A DNA stretch of 34,912 nt from Rickettsiales bacterium (GTDB taxonomy: Bacteria; Pseudomonadota; Alphaproteobacteria; Rickettsiales; CAIPFW01), in NCBI GenBank assembly GCA_044347385.1, contig JBIKUW010000001.1, forward strand, positions 1-34,912, written 5' to 3'. Below are positions 7,833 through 17,409 of the stretch, one piece after another. Below the pieces are notes generated by a model. That model saw nothing but the letters and a program-made list of their open reading frames with translations. It made no database searches and was not told where the DNA came from. The first letter of the stretch is position 1, and the number at the start of each line of letters is the position of its first letter. A program made the translations under genes and the position numbers.

Positions 7833-9854
7833 ATGAACCAACATATGGAATACAATCATCAAGAACTAAACAATAAAATTTCTTCTATGCAAACAGATAA
7901 TAAAAAAAAATATGATTATAAAAAATTAGCCGCTGGAATTATATCGATAGGAATAGATGCAGTAGAGCAGGCAAAATCTGGACATCCAGGAGCTATTCTT
8001 GGAATGAGTGATTTTATAACAGTACTATTTGCAAAACATCTACGCTTTTCTGCAAAAAATCCTCACTGGGCTCAAAGAGATAGATTTATTCTCTCAAATG
8101 GTCATGCATCAATGCTTTTATATTCAATATTATATTTAACTGGATATGAACGCCCAACAATTGATGATATAAAAAAATTTCGACAACTTGGATCTGTCAC
8201 CGCTGGACACCCTGAGTACGGTCATTTGAATGGTGTTGAAGTAACAACTGGACCACTAGGTCAAGGATTTGCAAATAGTGTTGGAATGGCAATAGCACAA
8301 AAAAAAGCAAATCACACTGAAAGCAAAATATATGTTGCAATGGGAGATGGATGCATGATGGAAGGAATTTCTCATGAAGCAGCAAGTCTCGCTGGACATC
8401 TAGGTTTAAATAATTTGATAGCACTTTTTGATAGCAATCAAATTTCAATTGATGGATCAACTGATCTAGCAGATTCAACAAATACAAAAAAACGTTTTGA
8501 AAGTTATGGCTGGAAGGTAATTGAAGCTGATGGGCACGATTATAATGAAATAGAAAAATCTTATGAAGACGCATTATCAGAGATAAATAAACCAACTTTG
8601 ATAATTTTCAATACAGTAATTGCAAAACACGCAAATAAAAAACGTGGAAGCGCTTCATCCCATGGTGCGCCACTTGGATCAGAAGAATTAAATTACGTAA
8701 AAGAACAAATTGACTATCAAGACTATCAACCATTTGAAATTCCAGCAAAAACTCTAAGCGATTGGAGAGAAATTGGCTCTAAATATGATTCCATTGCAGT
8801 TGAAAATCAAAAAATGTTTGAACTATCAGACGAGGCAAAAAAACAGCTAGAAATTATAAAAACTGAAGCTTTCAATTATGGGAAAGAAGAGTCAACTCGC
8901 AAGTCATCTGGTAATTTTTTAGAAAAAATCGTACCATTTGCACCTGAAATAATTGGTGGATCAGCTGATCTAAGCGAATCAAATTGCGCGATAACTAAAG
9001 AATCAAAAGCAATCACAAAAAATGATTTCAGTGGAAATTACATTCATTATGGAATTAGAGAGCACGCAATGGTTGCAATCACAAACGGTCTTGCTTGTTA
9101 TGGAAATTTTCTACCTTATGGAAGTAGTTTTTTGATCTTCTCAGATTATGCAAAACCATCAGTTAGACTCTCAGCACTGATGAACTTGCATGTTGTACAA
9201 ATTTTCACACATGATTCGATAGGACTTGGTGAAGACGGCCCGACACATCAACCCATTGAACAACTTGCTGGCCTGCGTTCTATTCCCAACCTACTAGTTT
9301 TTCGCCCTGCTGATGTTTTTGAAACAACATGCGCTTGGAATTTCGCTTTAACAAATAAACGCCCTAGCATTATAGTTTGTTCAAGACAAAACTTACCTCA
9401 AATTCCAAAAATTCGCTCTCAATCAGAAATTGAGCAAGATATATACAGGGGAGCTTATATTGTAAAAGATTACAGAAATTCAGATGCAAAAACAAAAATA
9501 AATTTAATATCAACAGGTTCCGAATTACACTTAGCACTTGATATTGCAAATGAATTAGAGAAAACAAGCTCTGATATTTCATTACGTGTAGTATCAGTAG
9601 TTTGCTCAGACTTGTTGGATGAGCATGAGGGTTTTATAAAAGAAATTTTTGATGAAAATGCACAATTAAGAGTTATAATCGAAGCTGGCTGCTCTTTTGG
9701 ATGGCATAAATATTTGAATAAAAATGATTTATTCTGCGGACTAGATAATCATTTTGGAGCTTCCGGTAAAGCATCTGATCTGTACAAACACTTTGGACTT
9801 GATAAGAAAACTATCACAAAAAAAATAACAGATAAAATAACTATGGATTCTTAA
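7833..9854 (+). CDS. tkt: transketolase
   Basis: Signature segments are SGHPGA, LSNGHASMLLYS, TTGPLGQG, GDGCMMEG (ThDP/Mg site), SIDG, REHAM and THDSIGLGEDGPTHQPIE. The 673-aa length is consistent with transketolase. Confidence 0.93.
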   Translation: MNQHMEYNHQELNNKISSMQTDNKKKYDYKKLAAGIISIGIDAVEQAKSGHPGAILGMSDFITVLFAKHLRFSAKNPHWAQRDRFILSNGHASMLLYSILYLTGYERPTIDDIKKFRQLGSVTAGHPEYGHLNGVEVTTGPLGQGFANSVGMAIAQKKANHTESKIYVAMGDGCMMEGISHEAASLAGHLGLNNLIALFDSNQISIDGSTDLADSTNTKKRFESYGWKVIEADGHDYNEIEKSYEDALSEINKPTLIIFNTVIAKHANKKRGSASSHGAPLGSEELNYVKEQIDYQDYQPFEIPAKTLSDWREIGSKYDSIAVENQKMFELSDEAKKQLEIIKTEAFNYGKEESTRKSSGNFLEKIVPFAPEIIGGSADLSESNCAITKESKAITKNDFSGNYIHYGIREHAMVAITNGLACYGNFLPYGSSFLIFSDYAKPSVRLSALMNLHVVQIFTHDSIGLGEDGPTHQPIEQLAGLRSIPNLLVFRPADVFETTCAWNFALTNKRPSIIVCSRQNLPQIPKIRSQSEIEQDIYRGAYIVKDYRNSDAKTKINLISTGSELHLALDIANELEKTSSDISLRVVSVVCSDLLDEHEGFIKEIFDENAQLRVIIEAGCSFGWHKYLNKNDLFCGLDNHFGASGKASDLYKHFGLDKKTITKKITDKITMDS

Positions 9855-9855
9855 A

Positions 9856-10284
9856 ATGGGAACAGTTTTAGAAAAAATTGCCTCTGCATCTACTGGAAAA
9901 TTTCGTTTTTCAAATCCTGCAACTATAGTAGTAACATTAGTAGTAATAACTATCATAGCAACGACCACCTTTACAATATTGATTGCAAAAAACGAACATT
10001 ATGCTCCTCAAAAACTCAAAAAACTTTCAAACTTTCTTCGGGAAAACTTTGATAAAATTTATAATATTGTAAAAAATTTTGTATACAAGCAGAATGATGA
10101 TTTAAATACCAAGCAAAATAATGACATTCCGTATGTTGATACATTCGATATCAAAAATGGCACTACACAAAACCAATCAACAAATTATAGGCAAGAAACT
10201 CAAAGCGTTACAATAAACAGTGAAATTGAAATGAAAGCTTTTTTAAAAAATAAAAAAATTTCTGATACCAAGACAACTCATTAA
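9856..10284 (+). CDS. small single-pass membrane protein, paralogue of 10436..10792
   Basis: The ATG lies 1 nt after the tkt stop, suggesting coupled translation. TM segment ATIVVTLVVITIIATTTFTILIA. Colinear similarity to the next ORF. Confidence 0.55.
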   Translation: MGTVLEKIASASTGKFRFSNPATIVVTLVVITIIATTTFTILIAKNEHYAPQKLKKLSNFLRENFDKIYNIVKNFVYKQNDDLNTKQNNDIPYVDTFDIKNGTTQNQSTNYRQETQSVTINSEIEMKAFLKNKKISDTKTTH

Positions 10285-10435
10285 AATTAAAATTTCTAGT
10301 TCAATCAATTATTACGATTTAACTAAATTCATATATAAAAATTCCAACATCAAAAATTGATATAAATCAAATAATAAATGTTTCCTGAATCAAAGATTAA
10401 AACATAAAATAATTATTCATTATTTTAAAAATCAA

Positions 10436-10792
10436 ATGGGAAATATAAATATTAGAAACAAAGCAATATATGCAGTTACAGAATGGAGATTTTTCGTTAC
10501 AGTAGCTGTTACCATAACAATTATCACATCAATCGCTATAATAGCGATTGAAAAATCAGGGCATCATCCAATACAAAAATTTGGCATGATTAAAGATCTT
10601 TTAAAGAAAAATTTCTATCAAATTATTGATGCTACTAGAGACTATCTATCAAAAAAAGAAAATCCTGATATTAATATCAAAGGACAAACACAGCGAGAAG
10701 ATGGTATTCCAAATGCAGAAACATTCGAAATCAGCGAACAGAATCCAAAAAATAATAATACAAAATATGGCTTGACAAAACCTTCATCTTGA
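10436..10792 (+). CDS. small single-pass membrane protein, paralogue of 9856..10284
   Basis: Shares the MG start, a T/I/V-rich TM segment (FFVTVAVTITIITSIAIIAI), K(N/S)(E/G)H..P.QK, and then IP...TF(D/E)I...N....Y with the preceding ORF. Confidence 0.55.
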   Translation: MGNINIRNKAIYAVTEWRFFVTVAVTITIITSIAIIAIEKSGHHPIQKFGMIKDLLKKNFYQIIDATRDYLSKKENPDINIKGQTQREDGIPNAETFEISEQNPKNNNTKYGLTKPSS

Positions 10793-10859
10793 ATAAAATT
10801 TCCTTAACGAGAAAGATAAAAATAATAATATATTAAATTTTTTCTAAACAAGGTACTAA

Positions 10860-12158
10860 ATGTTGAGTGATTATAAATATACACAAAACTTACTGAACGA
10901 ATTTCAAGAATGTGATCCGGAAATCTTTTCCTTGATCAACAAAGAACTACACAGACAACACGAGCAGATTGAGCTTATAGCTTCAGAAAATTTTGTCTCC
11001 ACTGCTGTGCTAGCTGCAATGGGATCAATTTTTACAAACAAATATGCTGAAGGATATCCAGGAAAACGCTACTATGCTGGATGTCATAACGTTGATGTTG
11101 CGGAGAATCTCGCAATTGAAAGAGCATGTAAATTATTTAAATGCAAATTTGCAAACGTACAACCACACTCTGGCGCTCAAGCAAATACAGCAGTTTTCTT
11201 GGCTTTCTTGCAACCTGGAGATACATTTTTAGGAATGGATCTCGCAGCTGGCGGGCATTTAACTCATGGCGCAAAACCTACAATTTCTGGAAAATGGTTT
11301 AATCCTGTTCCATACGGTGTACGTGAAGACAATGGATTGATTGATTACGATAAAGTTGCAGAATTAGCTGAAAAACATAAGCCAAAATTGATAATTGCAG
11401 GCGGTTCATCTTATCCACGAATAATTGATTTTAAAAAATTTCGTGAAATAGCTGATAGTTGCGGAGCAATCTTAATGGCAGATATCGCGCATTATGCAGG
11501 ATTAATTGCAGTTGATGAATACCCAAATCCTTTCCCATATGCGCACGTTGCTACAACAACAACGCACAAAACTTTAAGAGGACCTCGTGGTGGAATGATT
11601 TTATGGAATGAGGAAGAATTTGGTGATATCAATATAACAAAAAAGATTAACTCTGCTGTTTTCCCTGGCGCACAAGGCGGACCATTAATGCACGTAATTG
11701 CCGCTAAAGCTGTTGCTTTCGGTGAAGCTTTGAGACCTGAATTCAAACAGTATATAAAAGATGTAAAAATTAATGCAGAAGCTTTAGCAGAATCTCTAAA
11801 AAATCATGGGGCTAGAATTATCACTGGCGGCACTGACTCGCACATGGTTGTAGCTGATATTTATAACAAGTGGTCTGTTACTGGTGCTGACGCTGATCAA
11901 TCTCTAGAAAATGCTGGAATCACTTGTAACAAAAATGCAATTGCCTTTGACAAACTACCTGTAACCAAAGCTTCTGGAATCAGATTAGGATCTCCAGCTG
12001 CTACAACACGCGGATTTAAAAAACATCACTTCGAACAAATTGCTGGATTAATAGTTAGAGTTTTAGAAGGTTTGCAAAAAAATCCTTCTGATAATTCGTC
12101 TGTTGAGCTAGAAGTTTTGAAAGAAGTACATAAGATGTGTAAAGAAATTCAAAATTAA
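10860..12158 (+). CDS. glyA: serine hydroxymethyltransferase
   Basis: [30 protein letters not shown], the PLP-lysine motif [14 protein letters not shown], and [14 protein letters not shown]. Confidence 0.95.
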   Translation: MLSDYKYTQNLLNEFQECDPEIFSLINKELHRQHEQIELIASENFVSTAVLAAMGSIFTNKYAEGYPGKRYYAGCHNVDVAENLAIERACKLFKCKFANVQPHSGAQANTAVFLAFLQPGDTFLGMDLAAGGHLTHGAKPTISGKWFNPVPYGVREDNGLIDYDKVAELAEKHKPKLIIAGGSSYPRIIDFKKFREIADSCGAILMADIAHYAGLIAVDEYPNPFPYAHVATTTTHKTLRGPRGGMILWNEEEFGDINITKKINSAVFPGAQGGPLMHVIAAKAVAFGEALRPEFKQYIKDVKINAEALAESLKNHGARIITGGTDSHMVVADIYNKWSVTGADADQSLENAGITCNKNAIAFDKLPVTKASGIRLGSPAATTRGFKKHHFEQIAGLIVRVLEGLQKNPSDNSSVELEVLKEVHKMCKEIQN

Positions 12159-12212
12159 AGTATATGCTATCTTGCAATATAATTTATTTTTATAAATTAA
12201 ATAAGATAGCAA

Positions 12213-13424
12213 ATGAATGATATAAATATAAATTTCGTTCGAAATATAAATCCAGAAATTTTAAAAAACCCACTTTCAATATATATTCATTGGCCATTTT
12301 GCCTTTCAAAATGCCCATACTGCGATTTTAACAGCCATGTTTCCAAAAAAATTAATACTAAAGAGTGGATCAATGCATATCTCACAGAATTAAAATTTTT
12401 TCAAAACTATTTTTTTAATAGAAAAATAAACTCAATATATTTTGGAGGCGGAACACCAAGCCTTATGGACCCAGAAATTATATACGAAATATTAAATTTT
12501 ATAAAAAATAATGCAATTTTTGATAAAAACATCGAAATAACTTTAGAGGCAAACCCAACATCAAGTGAATATAAAAAATTTCAAGCATTTAAAAATTCTG
12601 GAATAAATAGAGTTTCGATAGGAGTGCAATCTTTAATTTTAGAAGATTTAAAATTTTTAGGTAGAGAACATAACAAAACTGAGGCAATTGAAACAATCAA
12701 AATTGCTCAAGAGGTTTTTCCAAGATATTCATTTGACTTAATATATGCGCGACCGAATCAAACCTTGGAATCTTGGGAACAAGAATTAAGAGAAGCGATG
12801 AATTTGGCTAAAGATCATATCTCACTATATCAACTTACAATTGAAAAAGGAACAAAATTCTACCAAATGTATAAACAAAATCAGTTTGCACTACCAAAAG
12901 ATGATTTAAGCAATGACCTATACTTTCTAACAGACAAAATTCTATCTGAATATAGTTTTGAAAAATATGAAATCTCAAATTACGCAAAAAACAACCAATA
13001 TTCTAGACATAACATGTGCTACTGGTTTTATGATGACTATCTAGGAATCGGGCCGGGTGCACACGGAAGATTACGTAAAGATTTTAACGAATATTATGCT
13101 TTCAATCAGACATATCAACCACAGAATTGGTTAAATTCAATTCAAGAAAAAAAACATGGCCTTCAAAAATTGGAATTACTCTCAAAACATGAAGTAATTT
13201 CTGAGATAATATTAACAGGTTTACGATTACAAGATGGCATTCAACAAAAAAAAGCTATCGATAAAATCGGTGATAAAATTGAGTCATTTATAAGACCAAA
13301 TATACTAAATTTCCTCATTAACGAGGATCTAATAAAATATGATGATGAAAAATTTTGCACAACTCAAAAAGGTTTTCGAATTCTAGATTATGTTATATCA
13401 ACTATTATTAATAATTTAGAATAA
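12213..13424 (+). CDS. hemW: radical SAM family haem chaperone HemW (HemN-like, oxygen-independent coproporphyrinogen oxidase family)
   Basis: YIHWPFCLSKCPYCDF (CxxxCxxC radical SAM cluster), FGGGTPS, EANP, NR.S.GVQS, and DLIY..P.QT. The roughly 400-aa length is typical of HemW/YggW. Confidence 0.85.
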   Translation: MNDININFVRNINPEILKNPLSIYIHWPFCLSKCPYCDFNSHVSKKINTKEWINAYLTELKFFQNYFFNRKINSIYFGGGTPSLMDPEIIYEILNFIKNNAIFDKNIEITLEANPTSSEYKKFQAFKNSGINRVSIGVQSLILEDLKFLGREHNKTEAIETIKIAQEVFPRYSFDLIYARPNQTLESWEQELREAMNLAKDHISLYQLTIEKGTKFYQMYKQNQFALPKDDLSNDLYFLTDKILSEYSFEKYEISNYAKNNQYSRHNMCYWFYDDYLGIGPGAHGRLRKDFNEYYAFNQTYQPQNWLNSIQEKKHGLQKLELLSKHEVISEIILTGLRLQDGIQQKKAIDKIGDKIESFIRPNILNFLINEDLIKYDDEKFCTTQKGFRILDYVISTIINNLE

Positions 13425-13429
13425 ATAAA

Positions 13430-14380
13430 TTATGCTTTATCTCTACTATCACTTGAAAAAGGATTTTTAAACATATTAAAAATATTTTTTTTGCCACTCG
13501 TCGTATCCAACTTTGAATTCGGAATACCACCTTCAGTATTAAAACTAACACCGCTATCATTACTACCATCACTCTCCACACTCATATTATCAAAATTAAC
13601 TTTTTCAACACTATCATCACCAAAATCAATAATATTTTTAACTATTTTTCTAGCGCGCAATCTTTTATTCTCCTTTTCCAAAGTCTTATTTTTCTCAGTA
13701 AGTTCAGCATTTTTTGTAATAGCACTTTGCAAAGACTCAACGCAAGACTCGACTGTCTCATTCTCAACTTCTTTAATTTTCTTTTCTAATCCTTTATTTA
13801 ACTTATCTAATTCTAATCTTTGTCTTTCACTCTCATCTAATTTCTTCTTCAAATCATCAATCTTAATTTTATCTTCTCCCATCTGTTTAGATAATTCAAC
13901 ACTAATACTACCACCATCATCAACAGATCTATTCAATAGATCGTTTCTCGCTTTTAATTTACTAATTTCTTCTATTAATTTTTTCTCATTATTTAATAAC
14001 TCAAGATTTTGCCAATGCAACATTTCATTCTGCCTTTCAAGTGCAGACAATTTTTTAACATTCTTAATATTGTCACTAACTCTAATCATCAAACTATCAA
14101 TCTCTTTTTGTAACTTTTCAACTTCTAACTTCAATCTTTCTATCTCACTATTTTTTAATAAAATTTCCTCATTCTGGTCCTCAATAAACTTATCTTTATT
14201 ATCTAAACGATGTAAAAATTCTAAATTCTCTTTATTAAAACCACTACGCAGCTCTTCCAATTCCTTCTTTGCTACCTCAAGCATTTTTCTATTTTTGATC
14301 AATTTGTAGAACAAAAACGCAATTGCGCCTAAGAGACACAAAATAATTATAGATACTGATAGAGCTACTCCTATGACCAT
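13430..14380 (-). CDS. hypothetical N-terminally membrane-anchored coiled-coil protein
   Basis: N-terminal TM segment VIGVALSVSIIILCLLGAIAFLFY, followed by about 200 aa of heptad-like K/E/L-rich sequence. The C-terminal tail contains NIFNMFKNPFSS. The 272-aa antisense ORF 13491..14309 is a low-complexity mirror frame. Confidence 0.6.
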   Translation of the reverse strand: MVIGVALSVSIIILCLLGAIAFLFYKLIKNRKMLEVAKKELEELRSGFNKENLEFLHRLDNKDKFIEDQNEEILLKNSEIERLKLEVEKLQKEIDSLMIRVSDNIKNVKKLSALERQNEMLHWQNLELLNNEKKLIEEISKLKARNDLLNRSVDDGGSISVELSKQMGEDKIKIDDLKKKLDESERQRLELDKLNKGLEKKIKEVENETVESCVESLQSAITKNAELTEKNKTLEKENKRLRARKIVKNIIDFGDDSVEKVNFDNMSVESDGSNDSGVSFNTEGGIPNSKLDTTSGKKNIFNMFKNPFSSDSRDKA

Positions 14381-14490
14381 AAAATCTCCTAAATTTTAAA
14401 ATATTAAGAAATTTTATTAAAATAAAATTAATTCTTTATTAAGTATTAATAATTTGATTATATTATCAATATAATAATCACATTAGACAA

Positions 14491-15114
14491 TTAACATCTT
14501 TCCATGCTAGACAATTTTTTTAATTTTGGATCTAACATAATTTTTCTAATATCTTTGGAAACTTTATCTATAATCATAATTCCATTTAAATGATCGATCT
14601 CATGCTGAACGCAACGACCAAGGAGTTTTGACATTGTAAAAATTTTCTCTTCCAACTTCTCATCCAAAAATTTCACTTTCACAGAAATTGGACGCTTAAC
14701 CTTCACTTTAATTCCAGGCAACGACAAACAACCCTCATCGCAACTATCAACCTCATCGCTTAAATGAAGAATCTCAGGGTTTATCATAACAATTTTGTGT
14801 TGATCAACATTGCAAGATTTTTTTTCATCAAAGCAATGCCAATATGGATTTTCTTTTTCTTCAACGCAAAGATCAACAACCAAAATCCTTTTTCCAACAT
14901 TCGCTTGAGGACCAGCTAAACCTATTCCACCAAAATAATTCATCACTTTGAACATCGTGTCCTGAATATTATTAATAAGTTCTAAATTTTCTAACTCCTC
15001 GTCGATAAAATCACTCGCTCTCTCAGATAAAATCTCATCTGGATAAATCGCTAAGTTTTTTAAAAGCTCTCTATGCTCTGGAGTGTTTTCTAAATCTGCA
15101 TAAACTCTAATCAA
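14491..15114 (-). CDS. def: peptide deformylase (with N-terminal extension and a Cys/His-rich insertion)
   Basis: All three deformylase motifs are present: GIGLAGPQ, EGCLSLPG and QHEIDHLNG. Overlaps the murD stop by 8 nt. Confidence 0.88.
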   Translation of the reverse strand: MIRVYADLENTPEHRELLKNLAIYPDEILSERASDFIDEELENLELINNIQDTMFKVMNYFGGIGLAGPQANVGKRILVVDLCVEEKENPYWHCFDEKKSCNVDQHKIVMINPEILHLSDEVDSCDEGCLSLPGIKVKVKRPISVKVKFLDEKLEEKIFTMSKLLGRCVQHEIDHLNGIMIIDKVSKDIRKIMLDPKLKKLSSMERC

Positions 15115-16516
15115 AATTTTCCTCTATAATTAAATTCTTAACAATATTAATAAACTGCTCGCCACGATCCTCAAAATCTCTAAACTGATCAAAGGATGCG
15201 CAAGCAGGCGATAGTAACACTACTTTCTTTCCATTATAATTACTTTTCAAGCTATCTGCAAGAGAATTTCTGCAGGCAGCCTCTAGTTTTTCGCAAAATT
15301 CAAAATCACAATTATAATCTTTCAAAAAACTACCAAAATCTCCACTAGCCTCACCAATTAAATAAAATTTCTTCACATCGTGCAATAAATTCACTAATCC
15401 TTTCAAACCATCAGATTTTGGCACACCCCCAACAATCAAGTATATCTCGTGATTTTCATTCAAAGCATTTATCGCGCTTCCGGTAGAATCGCCAGTTGTT
15501 GACTTGCTATCATTAATAAAATCAATATTTTCATAACTACAAACAAATTGCAAACGATGAGCAAGCCCCTTAAAACTCTCAATTCCGCTTATAGTATCAC
15601 TTCTATTCACATGCAATAAATTACAAATAGCAAAGGCCGCAGCAATATTTTCTCGATTATGAGCTCCAATCAAATTTGATTTACAATCCATAACCTCGCC
15701 ACTATCCTTAATTTTGATTACATCACGATCTTTCTCAATTTGACAAACAAAATCCGCATTCTGATCACCAACGGAAACTGTCTTAATTTTTTTCAAACTA
15801 CTTTTCAAATCATAGTAAATTTCATTCGTAATATCAGAATCAATTCCGAAAACAATTTCCTCACTTATCTCAAAAATTTTTTCCTTAGAATGAATATAAT
15901 TTTCTATCTTAAAATTATACCTATCTAGATGATCAGGAGTGATATTTAGCAAAACACCGACATCAAAACGAGTTCTACTCAACAAATCAAGCTGATATGA
16001 CGAAATCTCAAAGATATAAAACTTAGAATCAAAATTCAAGTCAAAAACTGGAATCCCAATGTTACCACCAATTTGAACATCTAAATCAGCACTTTTCAAA
16101 ATATGACCAAGCAAGGCAGTTGTCGTAGACTTTCCATTTGTACCAGTTATTCCAACAATTTTCGCATCTGAATTATTCTCTCTCAAAAATAAATAGAATA
16201 ACTCTATATCAACCACAATCTTTACGCCATAATTTTTCGCAGAATCAGTCACTACATGACTTTTTCTAATATCAATACCAGGCGACATAATCAAAAAATC
16301 TATTCTATTCCATTCAATCTCATCTGCACCGCAAATTACAACATTCTTCTCATCACGAAATTTCTCAAGTCGCTCAACATTATCATCAAACAAATATATC
16401 TTTATATCAAAATTTTTCTGCAGAAAATTCTTCAAAGAAATTCCACTTCTAGCTAAACCAAAAATCGCTACACTATTTTTTATAACTATCATTTCTAAAT
16501 ATTTTTTACCATACAA
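15107..16516 (-). CDS. murD: UDP-N-acetylmuramoylalanine--D-glutamate ligase
   Basis: N-terminal Rossmann GLARSG, the Mur ligase P-loop GITGTNGKSTT, the NITPDHLDRY motif, and C-terminal DSKSTT. The track start at 16516 is a TTG. An ATG at 16492 (MIVIKNSVAIFGLARSG) is an equally plausible start. Confidence 0.9.
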   Translation of the reverse strand: MYGKKYLEMIVIKNSVAIFGLARSGISLKNFLQKNFDIKIYLFDDNVERLEKFRDEKNVVICGADEIEWNRIDFLIMSPGIDIRKSHVVTDSAKNYGVKIVVDIELFYLFLRENNSDAKIVGITGTNGKSTTTALLGHILKSADLDVQIGGNIGIPVFDLNFDSKFYIFEISSYQLDLLSRTRFDVGVLLNITPDHLDRYNFKIENYIHSKEKIFEISEEIVFGIDSDITNEIYYDLKSSLKKIKTVSVGDQNADFVCQIEKDRDVIKIKDSGEVMDCKSNLIGAHNRENIAAAFAICNLLHVNRSDTISGIESFKGLAHRLQFVCSYENIDFINDSKSTTGDSTGSAINALNENHEIYLIVGGVPKSDGLKGLVNLLHDVKKFYLIGEASGDFGSFLKDYNCDFEFCEKLEAACRNSLADSLKSNYNGKKVVLLSPACASFDQFRDFEDRGEQFINIVKNLIIEENFD

Positions 16517-16703
16517 GATGCTACCATTAAGATTAGATATTGCAAGGATTCAACGTTAGTTATTCAAAAATTCACTATTTTATAAATTGACAATGTTAAA
16601 TTTTTTAAATATTATCTAAACTCTTAAATTAATATAACATCACCTTATACAAATTTTCCATAAAAATATTAATCACCAAAAAATACTATTAGCAAATTAA
16701 AAA

Positions 16704-16714
16704 TGTGCTATAAT
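16704..16714 (+). promoter_or_regulatory. extended -10 promoter element (TGtgcTATAAT) for rnpB
   Basis: A perfect TATAAT at 16709..16714 is preceded by TGn. It ends 6-7 nt before the predicted RNase P RNA 5' end. Match by eye only, in an AT-rich genome. Confidence 0.4.
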
Positions 16715-16720
16715 GAAAAT

Positions 16721-17083
16721 TGGATGTTGAAGTGCTTGCTAATTAATAATTAGAGGAAAGTCTGGACTTCACAGAAGAAAAGTTGCAGATAACGTCTGCC
16801 GGGAGTAATCCTAGGGAAAGTGCCACAGAAAATAACCGCCATTCATAGTGAAAACTATAAAATGGTAAGGGTGAAAAGGTGCGGTAAGAGCGCACCGAGT
16901 TTTCAGTAATGCGAACTGCAAGGTAAACCCAACTTGAAGCAAGACTAAACGTGATAAGGAAATTTTTTCATTAAAATTTCGCAGCCTCTTCTGGCTAATA
17001 TCAGGGTGAGTCGCTAAAATCTATTAGTGATAATAGATTTAGATAAATAAGCACATAAACAAAATTCAGCTTACCAACATCCA
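16721..17083 (+). ncRNA. rnpB: RNase P RNA, bacterial type A
   Basis: Universal conserved regions can be read directly: GAGGAAAGTCTGGAC (CR-I), CACAGAAAATAACCGCC, GGTAAGGGTGAAAAGGTGCGGTAAGAGCGCACC, and ATAAACAAAATTCAGCTTAC (CR-V). The P1 helix closes GGATGTTG...CAACATCC. The ends are accurate to within a few nt. Confidence 0.9.
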
Positions 17084-17097
17084 CAATCTACAACATT

Positions 17098-17400
17098 TCA
17101 TTCAACAGGCTCTTTTTTTGAATCACTCAAAATATACTCCATAATCTTTTTCTTGTCTCTTTGGCTAATCTCAACATCAACACCATTTCTCAAAAGCAAA
17201 TTAGCAATATACTTCGCATATTCATAACTGTTTTTATCTTCCGGCTCTGGATGCCCCCAATCTACATCTGAAAATAAATCTTCAACATCATCTTCCTCTT
17301 TTACTCTACGCTTTGAATCACTAAATTTTCTTTTCTTACCATTCGTAGAGTCAGTAGATTTATTATTAAAAAAATCAAAAATTTTATTTTTTTCTGTCAT
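17098..17400 (-). CDS. hypothetical small charged protein, last gene of the iscR-desulfurase transcription unit
   Basis: 100-codon ATG ORF starting 9 nt after the desulfurase stop. Has a basic patch GKKRKFSDSKRRVK, then an acidic stretch with DVDWGHPEPED. No family recognised. Confidence 0.45.
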   Translation of the reverse strand: MTEKNKIFDFFNNKSTDSTNGKKRKFSDSKRRVKEEDDVEDLFSDVDWGHPEPEDKNSYEYAKYIANLLLRNGVDVEISQRDKKKIMEYILSDSKKEPVE

Positions 17401-17409
17401 ATTATCTTT

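Noticed and set aside
9856-9876. Three orphan ORFs start with Met-Gly (9856, 10436, 19174): host N-myristoylation sites?
   Set aside because: None fits the N-myristoyltransferase consensus G-{EDRKHPFYW}-x-x-[STAGCN]-{P}. MGTVLE and MGNINI fail at position 6, and MGPSSS has the disfavoured Pro at position 3.
13491-14309. 272-aa ORF on the plus strand, opposite the coiled-coil gene
   Set aside because: Its S/L/F-rich low-complexity product is the codon mirror of the K/E/L-rich coiled-coil frame. It has no start context and no domain. The minus-strand gene, with its TM anchor and heptads, is the coherent reading. The same logic applies to the antisense ORFs inside groEL (5295..5615), tkt (8197..8595), serS (29208..29552), 21063..21839 and 33175..33543.
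16587-16615. TTGACA-N17-TATTAT, a near-consensus sigma-70 promoter on the plus strand about 105 nt upstream of rnpB
   Set aside because: The match is exact in spacing. But it sits well upstream of the mature RNase P RNA 5' end, a better-placed extended -10 exists at 16704..16714, and such hexamers are frequent in AT-rich DNA. It is left as a possibility, not a feature.
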